Shown here piece after piece: positions 1 through 8,008 of a DNA stretch of 64,000 nucleotides; positions within the stretch are counted from its first letter, which is position 1; each line of letters starts with the position of its first letter. The position numbers and the translations under genes are program-made. The notes below the pieces were generated by a model, which made no database searches, was not told the DNA's origin, and was given only the letters and a program-made list of their open reading frames with translations. The stretch is from contig DYIF01000010.1 in assembly GCA_020723765.1 (NCBI GenBank), positions 750-64,749 of the forward strand. Reading direction: 5' to 3'. The stretch is from Elusimicrobium minutum. GTDB lineage: Bacteria; Elusimicrobiota; Elusimicrobia; Elusimicrobiales; UBA9959.

Positions 1-1
1 T

Positions 2-817
2 TTTGCTTATGTAAATTCAGAAAACTGGAAGCCTTTTATACCAGATAATACGGGACATTTTGGGCATTTTGGATGGAGCGGAGTTCTTAGAGGAGCCGGC
101 GTAATATTTTTCGCATACATAGGCTTTGATGCGGTATCTACCGCTGCTCAAGAGGCTAAAAATCCTCAGAAAGATATGCCCATAGGAATAATGGCCTCTC
201 TTTTTATATGCACGATATTATACATATTGGTCGCTCTTGTTTTAACCGGAGTCGTAAAGTATGATAAATTATTGGTGCCGGATCCGATAGCGGTAGGCGT
301 AGATGCCGCAGGCGAGGGACTATTTTGGCTTAGGCCTTTTATTAAAATAGGGGCTATAGCCGGTCTTTCTTCGGTTATACTTGTATTGTTATTGGGCCAA
401 CCCAGAATATTTTTCGCTATGGCAAACGACGGGCTTTTGCCTAAAGTTTTCTCAAAAGTTCATCCGAAATTTAGAACTCCTTATATAACGACCATAGTTA
501 CAGGAGCCATCACCGCCCTTATGGGAGGACTTTTCCCGATAGGAGCTTTGGGAGAGATGGTATCGATAGGAACGCTTTTGGCTTTTACGATAGTTTCGAT
601 AAGTGTTCTGGTTTTGAGGAAAACAAACCCGGAAATACCGAGACCTTTTAAAACGCCGCTTGTTCCGTTTGTGCCTATAATGGGAGCCGCGGTTTCTTTG
701 CTTCAGATGCTTTCTCTTCCTATTCCGACCTGGATAAGATTGATAGCGTGGATGGGGATAGGAATTTTAATTTATTTCTTATACGGATATAAAAACAGTA
801 AAATAAGAAATATTTAG
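2..817 (+). CDS. Amino acid permease (APC superfamily, cationic amino acid transporter-like), 5'-partial
   Basis: Frame is open from the window start: ...GWSGVLRGAGVIFFAYIGFDAVSTAAQEAKNPQKDMPIGI...; also QPRIFFAMANDGLLP and HPKFRTP motifs; many TM helices. Confidence 0.93.
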   Translation, partial: FAYVNSENWKPFIPDNTGHFGHFGWSGVLRGAGVIFFAYIGFDAVSTAAQEAKNPQKDMPIGIMASLFICTILYILVALVLTGVVKYDKLLVPDPIAVGVDAAGEGLFWLRPFIKIGAIAGLSSVILVLLLGQPRIFFAMANDGLLPKVFSKVHPKFRTPYITTIVTGAITALMGGLFPIGALGEMVSIGTLLAFTIVSISVLVLRKTNPEIPRPFKTPLVPFVPIMGAAVSLLQMLSLPIPTWIRLIAWMGIGILIYFLYGYKNSKIRNI

Positions 818-891
818 TTTTTTAAAAAAAATCCCAAAACTATTTTACGATTTTTTTAAAATTTTATATTATTTAATTATATAATAAAAAC

Positions 892-965
892 GCCAGGGTA
901 GCTCAGCTGGTTAGAGCGGCGGTTTCGTAAACCGCAGGTCGAGGGTTCGATTCCCTTCCCTGGCT
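892..965 (+). tRNA. tRNA-Thr(CGT)
   Basis: Cloverleaf: acceptor GCCAGGG/CCCTGGC, D-arm GCTC/GAGC, anticodon stem GCGGT/ACCGC with loop TT-CGT-AA, T-arm GAGGG-TTCGATT-CCCTT; CCA not encoded. Confidence 0.96.
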
Positions 966-1187
966 TTTTTGCTAAGAAACAGCGGTAAGCTGTTTCGTGG
1001 GAATCGAAAGTCCGCAGGCCGAATTGAGCTATGCAAGAGGCCGAGGAGCGGCCCGCGAAAAAACGAGCGGTGAGCGAGTTTTATTTGCGGGAGATTCCCT
1101 TCCCTGGCTTTTTTTGCTAAGAAACAGCGACAAGCTGTTTCGCGGGAATCGAAAGTCCGCAGGCCGAATTGGGCTATGCAAAAGGCC
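949..1187 (+). repeat. tRNA-linked tandem direct repeat, period 144 bp (949-1042 repeated at 1093-1187), starting in the tRNA-Thr T-loop
   Basis: GATTCCCTTCCCTGGCTTTTTT(T)GCTAAGAAACAGCG..AAGCTGTTTCG.GGGAATCGAAAGTCCGCAGGCCGAATTG.GCTATGCAA.AGGCC occurs twice with a few substitutions. Confidence 0.95.
972..1099 (+). other. Structured non-coding element downstream of tRNA-Thr (homologous to 54258-54383)
   Basis: Hairpins 976-996, 1012-1051 and 1052-1091; closing helix GGGAATC(999-1005)/GATTCCC(1093-1099); same layout as the element after tRNA-Arg. Confidence 0.85.
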
Positions 1188-1415
1188 CAGTGGCTTTGCT
1201 TCAAAAGATTGCTTTAGACACCGTGGCAAATGCGAAGTGTTATGACACTGTAGCGGCCCGCGGTGAGAGTTGGGATTTAGTTTGTCGACGGAGTTGGTTT
1301 GCAATGCGCTTGGCGCTTTAAACTATCCCGTCGATTAGATTTGAGCGTAAAGATTTTAAAAATAATAATTTATCGGTTCTCTTTATCGGTTTGATTTTAA
1401 AGATTATGAGGTTTT

Positions 1416-3860
1416 ATGAAAAAGGAATTAAATTATAATTTTAACGATTTGCAAATTGCCGAGCCGGTTTCAATAGCAAGAAAATCTATACAATTCCTAA
1501 TCCCTTTGCTTTATCTTTTGATTTCTGTTTCTTTTTATTTAAGAACTTACGATTCGGCTCAGGTTAAAATCACACTTTTACAGATGGGGGGATTTAGCAT
1601 AATATGTTTATGGCTATCTCTGCTTTTTTTGGAAGGAAAAAAAGCGTTTAAAAAAGAAGACTTTGTTTTCCTCTCTCCTTTTTTGGCTTATCTTATTTAC
1701 ATGATTTTTTCGTTTATAAATGTTCCTTACAAACAGTGGGCCATAGACGACTTTGTAAGATATATAATTTATTCTTTCATATCCCTGATAGTTTTAAGGG
1801 AATTCGACAAAAACGCGATAGAAAAATTGACAAAATTTTTAATAATTTCCGCATGGATAGCCGTAGTATACGGTATAGTTCAGTGGATAGACGTAAATTT
1901 TTTCCCGCCGAAGGAATTGGGAGGCGGTTCGTTTGACCCTTTTATATGGAGAGGGGCTTTTGGAAATAGAATATTCTCAACTTACGGTAACCCTAATTTT
2001 TTCGCAAATTATATGGTTCTTATGCTTCCGATAATAATATCGAGATTTATTAAAACAAAATCTATCGGAATGCTGGTTCTTGCGATTCTGGATATTTTTT
2101 GCATAATAAATACTTATACCAAAGGGGCCTGGATAGGATTCGGTATATCTTCTCTTCTTTTTATTTCGATATACATATATTACTTTACCGGTTTTAATAA
2201 AAAAATAATAAGATGGATATATATTTCCTTTGTAGTTATAGGTGTTTTAATAATGCTCGGCGTCGTAAATTACGCGATGAAAACGAGCAGAACATCGGTT
2301 CCTTTTAGAGTTGCGACATGGATTTCCACATGGGAAATGATAGAAACGCATCCTTTAATAGGTAGCGGGGTCGGCTCTTTTAGACCTTTATATCCGGCAT
2401 ATAGAAGACCCATTATATTTCACTTGGAGGGCAAACATAACACTGAAACGGATCATGCGGAGAACGAACATTTGGAGCAAATTTTGGATAACGGAATAAT
2501 AGGAGCCGGAATATTTTATTGGATGATAATTTTCGTTACTATAACAGCATTAAGAGCGATAAAATTTAATGTAGAAAACAAACGAAAAGAAGAGGCTTAC
2601 GATGTTTTGGGTTATCTTGTAGCTTTTCTGGCCATGCTGATACATAATTTTACCGATGTAAGCATGAGATTCGTTTCTTCCGGGGTTTATTTGGGCCTTC
2701 TTCCGGCGGTAATAATAAACCTTTCAAGGGGACATGCCTTGTGGGAATTCCATTATATGGAAGAAGAAACTAAAACAAAAGATAAAAATCCGGAAAATAA
2801 ATCTGGGTTATTTGATAAATTAATAGGATTTTTATCCGCTGTAGTTATTATATTTGCCGGCTATAAGATATTAACGGAGTTTAAAGAAATACAGGGCGAT
2901 TTCGTAAATATGAGAAGTGGAGACCTTTTTTTATGGGTATCCTCATGGGCCGTACTTCTTTTTCTTATTGTCTATATATCGTATGTTTTTATAAAAATAA
3001 TTGTAAAGAGTTATAACCGGTATATGGCCTTCATTTTGATTATTTTTTATTTTCCGGTAAGTTATTTTCCGATTTACTACTTTTGGGGGTGGTTTAAAGC
3101 CGATGTACAGCATAATATAGCGATATATTTTTCCAAATTGGGCAATTGGGATTCGGCGCTTGGTTATTATCAAAAAGTCGTAAAAAACAATCCCACATTT
3201 ATAATGCCTTATTATTTTATGGGCAATGTTTTTACCGACAGATTTAATATGACAAAATTAAACAGGATCGATTGGGGAGATAAGGAAGGCGAACTTAGAG
3301 ACGATTTCGAAAGAGCAAAGGATATGTATGAACACGTAAGAAAGTTAGCGCCGAATTACGTTCAGATGCATCATCAAGTCGGGGTGCTTTATATGAAGAT
3401 GGCTGAGTATATGAGAGCCAACGGGAAAAACGAAGAAGCATTAAAGTATCTTGATAAAGCTATGAATAGATTTGAAATTTATCAAAACTTAGATCCGGTT
3501 TTCCCTTATAATTATTTTAGGAAAGCTCAGATATGGGTTTATAAGGGTCAGTTTAAAAAAGCCGAGGAAGAATATTTGAATTATCTTGGAGCATGGAAAT
3601 GCGATAAACACGATTTTGCGGCCGCTCAAAAAGTATACGGCGTAGACCACGAAGGAAACGGCATAAAGGAACCTTTAACATGGAAAGATATTTATCCGAA
3701 TCTTCCCGAAGTATACACCAATTTGGGTAATATTTATTTTATGATGGGAGAGTATAAAAAGTCGTACGAGAGCTATAAAAAAGCTTTAGATAAAAACCCC
3801 GACTATGAGCCCGCCAAAAAAAACATAGCCGTGGCGAAGATGAGGGGTAATATAAAGTAA
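1416..3860 (+). CDS. O-antigen ligase / O-oligosaccharyltransferase family (Wzy_C) membrane protein with C-terminal TPRs
   Basis: Multi-TM; STYGNPNFFANY, TYTKGAWIG, HPLIGSGVGSF and DHAENEHLEQILDNGIIG motifs; TPR-like C-terminus (YTNLGNIYFMMGEYKKSYESYKKAL). Confidence 0.85.
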   Translation: MKKELNYNFNDLQIAEPVSIARKSIQFLIPLLYLLISVSFYLRTYDSAQVKITLLQMGGFSIICLWLSLLFLEGKKAFKKEDFVFLSPFLAYLIYMIFSFINVPYKQWAIDDFVRYIIYSFISLIVLREFDKNAIEKLTKFLIISAWIAVVYGIVQWIDVNFFPPKELGGGSFDPFIWRGAFGNRIFSTYGNPNFFANYMVLMLPIIISRFIKTKSIGMLVLAILDIFCIINTYTKGAWIGFGISSLLFISIYIYYFTGFNKKIIRWIYISFVVIGVLIMLGVVNYAMKTSRTSVPFRVATWISTWEMIETHPLIGSGVGSFRPLYPAYRRPIIFHLEGKHNTETDHAENEHLEQILDNGIIGAGIFYWMIIFVTITALRAIKFNVENKRKEEAYDVLGYLVAFLAMLIHNFTDVSMRFVSSGVYLGLLPAVIINLSRGHALWEFHYMEEETKTKDKNPENKSGLFDKLIGFLSAVVIIFAGYKILTEFKEIQGDFVNMRSGDLFLWVSSWAVLLFLIVYISYVFIKIIVKSYNRYMAFILIIFYFPVSYFPIYYFWGWFKADVQHNIAIYFSKLGNWDSALGYYQKVVKNNPTFIMPYYFMGNVFTDRFNMTKLNRIDWGDKEGELRDDFERAKDMYEHVRKLAPNYVQMHHQVGVLYMKMAEYMRANGKNEEALKYLDKAMNRFEIYQNLDPVFPYNYFRKAQIWVYKGQFKKAEEEYLNYLGAWKCDKHDFAAAQKVYGVDHEGNGIKEPLTWKDIYPNLPEVYTNLGNIYFMMGEYKKSYESYKKALDKNPDYEPAKKNIAVAKMRGNIK

Positions 3861-3861
3861 T

Positions 3862-6402
3862 ATGAATTTTGAAGAATTTGAAAAAAGTTCTTTTATTAAA
3901 TCTTTTTTTGTTTTATCTTTCTTTTTTATTCCACTGGTTTTTTTTACAAATCTTACAAGGAATCCTTATTTTTTTCAAATAACATTTTTAAATATATTGT
4001 TAATTTCTTTTATTTTCTTTGTTTTTTATCCCGGTATTAAAAATAAAACGATAATATTGACTTCAGGCGGTTCGATTAAGCCTTTTGTTTTAATGCTTTT
4101 CGTCTTCTTTTTAACTTCGGTTCTTTCTTATATAAGACATGAAGATTTTTTTAAACCGAGCATGATAAGCGAATTCAGGCGTATATGGATATTTACCATA
4201 GTTAATTGTTTTGTTCCTTTTATGATCGCTCATTATCTTAAAAATAGTCAAGAAGATAAAGATTTAAACTATAGCCTGAGTTTTATAATACTATGGGGAG
4301 CCGCATGGTTTCTTTTTCCTTATTTTAAGTCCGATAACCTTTTTTTCGATTTTTACGGATTTCTCCTCTGGTCGGCGGGACTAATTTATTTGTTTTTGAA
4401 AACAAAAAAAATAAATATCGAGACCGTTTTAAATATAGCGATGCTTGGCGCTTTTTATGCCTCGGTATACGGAATTCTTCAGTATTTCGGCTTTGAAATA
4501 ATATGGCCTAAGGTTTTAAATCCATACGGCAGAAGAGCGGTTAGCACTTTTGGAAACCCTAACTTTATCTCTTCTTATGTTTTAATGCTTATACCGTTTG
4601 CGATTTTTTATTTTGTCAGAGCCAAAGAAATTTACGGGAAAATAATATATTTTATTTTTCTTGTTTCATATTTCGGAATGATTTTTGCAAGTCTCACTCG
4701 TTCTTCTTTAATAGGTCTTTTGGTTTCGGTTATATTTCTTTCAGTATTTAAGGATTATAGAGATTTTATCGGAATCAATTTTAAACATTTTAAAAAAATT
4801 CTATTGACCGTATTTTTTATATTGTTGTTATGGCCGGATCAGAATTTAAAGCCTTTAAGTTTCGGAGTGGCTAATAGAATATACGAAGGATTTGCAAGCA
4901 GTATTAATAAATTTTCTTTAAACGTGGAAAAAAAAGATGTTTATCCGTCTTTTCATCAAAGACTTTTAATATGGAGTTCGGGTATTCAAATGTTCAGGGA
5001 AAATCCTGTTATAGGTAAAGGATGGGGGGCTTTCGAGCTATTTTATCCTTTTTATCAAGGGTGGTTAATGAGGGTTTATCCCGCCGCAAGAGATCTCAGA
5101 ACTCACGCAAATAACGCTCATAACGAAATAATAGAGATCATTTCACAAACGGGAATTTTGGGACTGGGAGCCGCTTTGTTTTTTTTGTTTTCGCTTTTTT
5201 ATTCTTTTTTTAAAAAAATAAAAGAATATCCCTTGGAAAAAAGGATTTTCCTTTTAACCGCTTTTTCGTCGGTAGTCGGAATGATTGCAGATAACATGTT
5301 AAATGTTTCGATACATTTTGCCGTTCCCGCAATGCTTTTTTTCTTTTTATTGGGCGTCTTGTCTAAAAATTTGGGTCGGCCGGCCGAGACTTTGGAGATT
5401 AAAAAATATGGTAAATTTTTCTCGGTTTTAATATTTATTATTTCTTTTATCTTAACGGCTTTTTGGATTTCTCAATTTTTAAGGGAAATTTATTATTTTA
5501 AGGGATTTAAAGAAATGAGACAAAACGATTTTTATAATGCGATTAAAGATTTGGAGAAAGCCTATTCTTTTAATAAAAGAGAGGTTAACAATAATTACGA
5601 ATTAGCAAATGCTTATGCCAGAACCGAGGATTTGGATAAGGCGATTTTTATGTACGAAGAATCTTTAAAGACAAATGCCGGATATGATGAGATTTATTTT
5701 AATTTGGGAGTGGTTCAAAAGAAGAAAGGTCTTTTGGATAGCGCGTTTAAAAATTTCAAAACTTCCGTATGGATAAATCCATTAAACGAAAAGGGATATT
5801 ACGCCCTTGCCGAAATAGGTTTAAATAATAATAAAAATATAAAAGAGATAATAGAAATACTTGAAGACGGAGTTAAAATGCACAAATATAATTCTTATAT
5901 TTATAATCTTTTAGGTTATTGCTATGAAACTTTAAAAGATTATGAAAAAACCACCTATTATTATAAAAAGGCGGCCGAAAACGACCCTTTAAATGATACT
6001 TATTTTTTAAATTACAAACGAATCAATAAAGATCAAAAATCTAAAACCGAAGAATTTATAAATATATACAGGGATGTCAATTTTAAAAATTTATTTAACG
6101 TTCAGGAATTATATAAAAAACTTCAAAACTTGGAAAAAGAGTTTAAAGACAATCCTAAATTCGATTTCTTAATGGCCAGATATTATTTTGAAAAAGGAGA
6201 TTATCAAAAATCGATAGATTTACTTAAGAGTATAAAAGAAAGGGATCCGTATTTTTATTCGGCGGTCTATTCTCTGGGAGTTAGTTACGAAAAAATGGGG
6301 AAATATGAAGAGGCAGTAGAAATGTATGAGTATTATCTTTCTTTAAATCCAGCAAGAAACGATTTAAGAGAAAGAATTAATAAATTAAAAATAATGAAAT
6401 AA
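3862..6402 (+). CDS. O-antigen ligase / O-oligosaccharyltransferase family (Wzy_C) membrane protein with C-terminal TPRs (paralogue 2)
   Basis: STFGNPNFISSY, SLTRSSLIG, NPVIGKGWGAF and NAHNEIIEIISQTGILG motifs; multiple TPR repeats. Confidence 0.87.
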   Translation: MNFEEFEKSSFIKSFFVLSFFFIPLVFFTNLTRNPYFFQITFLNILLISFIFFVFYPGIKNKTIILTSGGSIKPFVLMLFVFFLTSVLSYIRHEDFFKPSMISEFRRIWIFTIVNCFVPFMIAHYLKNSQEDKDLNYSLSFIILWGAAWFLFPYFKSDNLFFDFYGFLLWSAGLIYLFLKTKKINIETVLNIAMLGAFYASVYGILQYFGFEIIWPKVLNPYGRRAVSTFGNPNFISSYVLMLIPFAIFYFVRAKEIYGKIIYFIFLVSYFGMIFASLTRSSLIGLLVSVIFLSVFKDYRDFIGINFKHFKKILLTVFFILLLWPDQNLKPLSFGVANRIYEGFASSINKFSLNVEKKDVYPSFHQRLLIWSSGIQMFRENPVIGKGWGAFELFYPFYQGWLMRVYPAARDLRTHANNAHNEIIEIISQTGILGLGAALFFLFSLFYSFFKKIKEYPLEKRIFLLTAFSSVVGMIADNMLNVSIHFAVPAMLFFFLLGVLSKNLGRPAETLEIKKYGKFFSVLIFIISFILTAFWISQFLREIYYFKGFKEMRQNDFYNAIKDLEKAYSFNKREVNNNYELANAYARTEDLDKAIFMYEESLKTNAGYDEIYFNLGVVQKKKGLLDSAFKNFKTSVWINPLNEKGYYALAEIGLNNNKNIKEIIEILEDGVKMHKYNSYIYNLLGYCYETLKDYEKTTYYYKKAAENDPLNDTYFLNYKRINKDQKSKTEEFINIYRDVNFKNLFNVQELYKKLQNLEKEFKDNPKFDFLMARYYFEKGDYQKSIDLLKSIKERDPYFYSAVYSLGVSYEKMGKYEEAVEMYEYYLSLNPARNDLRERINKLKIMK

Positions 6403-6428
6403 AAATTTAATATAATTTATTTAATAAT

Positions 6429-8006
6429 ATGATTATGAACAAGTTTATCGCATTTATGTTTTTGGGCTTTATCGCTTCTTTGTCATACTCTCAAGCCAAT
6501 TATTCAAGGCAAATGCAACAGGCCATAAGGCTATATCAGGAGGGGAAAAATTCCGATGCCATGGATAGATTTATGGATATACTTGTAAGCGGAACTCCGG
6601 AAGAAAAAGCGGTCGCTAACGAATATATATCTAAAATAACTCAAGGCGTTTCTCCGACGTCGTCCCAACAGAGTTCCGTAAATATAAAAACGGTAAGTGA
6701 AATTTCCGCCCCCGCCAAGGATACAAAATCGCAAGTCGAGGTGTTAAAACCGCAATCCTCATCATCGGTTTCTTCCAATGCCGCTCAAGAAACTCAAATT
6801 ACTGACCAATCTCAGATTTCAAAAAAAGTTTCCGACAAAATAAAACAAATTAGAACAGACATCTTAGTTTCTTTGTACAGGAAAAACTTCGTAAAGTTTT
6901 ATATGAACGAAGCCAACGAAAAACCTCTTTATATTCTTTTAAAAGAAGAGCAAATATTTAACGAAAACATGACTTTTAATGAGAAGTTAACCGACGATTT
7001 AAAAGCCCTCTCCGGGCTTTTGGTTTCTTTGGGAAGAGTGAGCGTAACCATAATACCTAACGGAGCGATATTGGGCAATATGAAGATTTCGAATGTAAGG
7101 AAATCTTCCATTCTTCATTCTTTTTTTACTTCGTACGGAATTTCTCCGTCAAAGATAAAATTGGATATGGTAGCAAATAATATACAGGTTTCCAAAAAAG
7201 TGGACGACTTAGAGGGAATACTTTTGATCGTTAATTACGATAAAGAACCGGATAATGTTTTGAGCGATATGTCTTCCCCTGGAGTTTATGTGTCGGCTTA
7301 TCCAGAAAAAATAGATTCTTCAAAAGACGAGGCGGCGATAGTGGAATTTGCCGTGATAATGGGGAAAAATCCTTTGGCGAGTTGGAAGCTTTTTTTGAAA
7401 AGAAAAGATAAAAGCGGAAAAACATACGAGGTTCAAAAAATTGAAGGAACCGATCCTTCTTCTTCTCAAATACTTTTTAATGGAAGAGAAAAGATTATAG
7501 GCAATCTTTATCCTCCCGGAGAATACGAGTTTTCGTTGGAGGCTTCGGATGTCAAAGGCAATAATTCCTTTGCCAAAAGATCGATCTATTTGCGATCGGA
7601 AGAAAACCCCATCCAGAAGGAAGAAGATACGTCAAAACCCAAGGTTATTTCTTCTAAACCCGTATCTTCCTCGGCCGCTTCCCCAAAAACTTCTCCAAAA
7701 ACCGAAGCCAAACAAAAATTCCAGATTTACAAGATATATTTCGAACCCGATACTTTTAATATAACAGAAAACAGCAAAATAAAGATAGAACAAATGATGG
7801 AAGAACATAAGAAAGCCAAGAAAACCATACTGCTTGTCGGATACGCTTATTCAAAAGAAAAAAAACCCAAAACTACCGCAATTAAAAGAGCCAATGCGGT
7901 TAAAAATTTTATAACAAAAAACTACAAAGTAAATCCGAAAAGCGTAATAGTTAATTATAAAGTGGTCGATATAAAAAAAGTAATAGTGGAGGCCAGTTTT
8001 AAATAA
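6429..8006 (+). CDS. Secreted protein with OmpA/MotB-like C-terminal domain and FlgD-Ig-like central domain
   Basis: Signal peptide; ILFNGRE..G.LYPPGEYEFSLEASDVKGN (FlgD-Ig-like); C-terminal IYFEPDTFNI...LLVGYAY...AIKRANAVKNFI (OmpA-like). Confidence 0.65.
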   Translation: MIMNKFIAFMFLGFIASLSYSQANYSRQMQQAIRLYQEGKNSDAMDRFMDILVSGTPEEKAVANEYISKITQGVSPTSSQQSSVNIKTVSEISAPAKDTKSQVEVLKPQSSSSVSSNAAQETQITDQSQISKKVSDKIKQIRTDILVSLYRKNFVKFYMNEANEKPLYILLKEEQIFNENMTFNEKLTDDLKALSGLLVSLGRVSVTIIPNGAILGNMKISNVRKSSILHSFFTSYGISPSKIKLDMVANNIQVSKKVDDLEGILLIVNYDKEPDNVLSDMSSPGVYVSAYPEKIDSSKDEAAIVEFAVIMGKNPLASWKLFLKRKDKSGKTYEVQKIEGTDPSSSQILFNGREKIIGNLYPPGEYEFSLEASDVKGNNSFAKRSIYLRSEENPIQKEEDTSKPKVISSKPVSSSAASPKTSPKTEAKQKFQIYKIYFEPDTFNITENSKIKIEQMMEEHKKAKKTILLVGYAYSKEKKPKTTAIKRANAVKNFITKNYKVNPKSVIVNYKVVDIKKVIVEASFK

Positions 8007-8008
8007 TT

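Noticed and set aside
880-892. TATAAT 6 nt before tRNA-Thr G1, suggesting a leaderless (RNase P-independent) tRNA
   Set aside because: An equally good TTTACG-17-TATTAT promoter (844-872) would give a normal leader, the region is very AT-rich, and tRNA-Arg has its TATAAT 17 nt upstream.
976-996. Hairpin 1 (and 54262-54280) as a simple intrinsic terminator for the tRNA
   Set aside because: No U-tract follows on the + strand, and the hairpin is only one part of a larger conserved fold.
949-1275. Possible CRISPR array
   Set aside because: Only two long units that include a tRNA 3' end; no short repeat/unique spacer alternation and no cas genes.
911-1304. ORFs 911-1204(-), 997-1245(+) and 1029-1304(-)
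   Set aside because: They overlap the tRNA and the GC-rich repeat element. Their internal peptide repeats just mirror the DNA repeat, and they show no protein family features.
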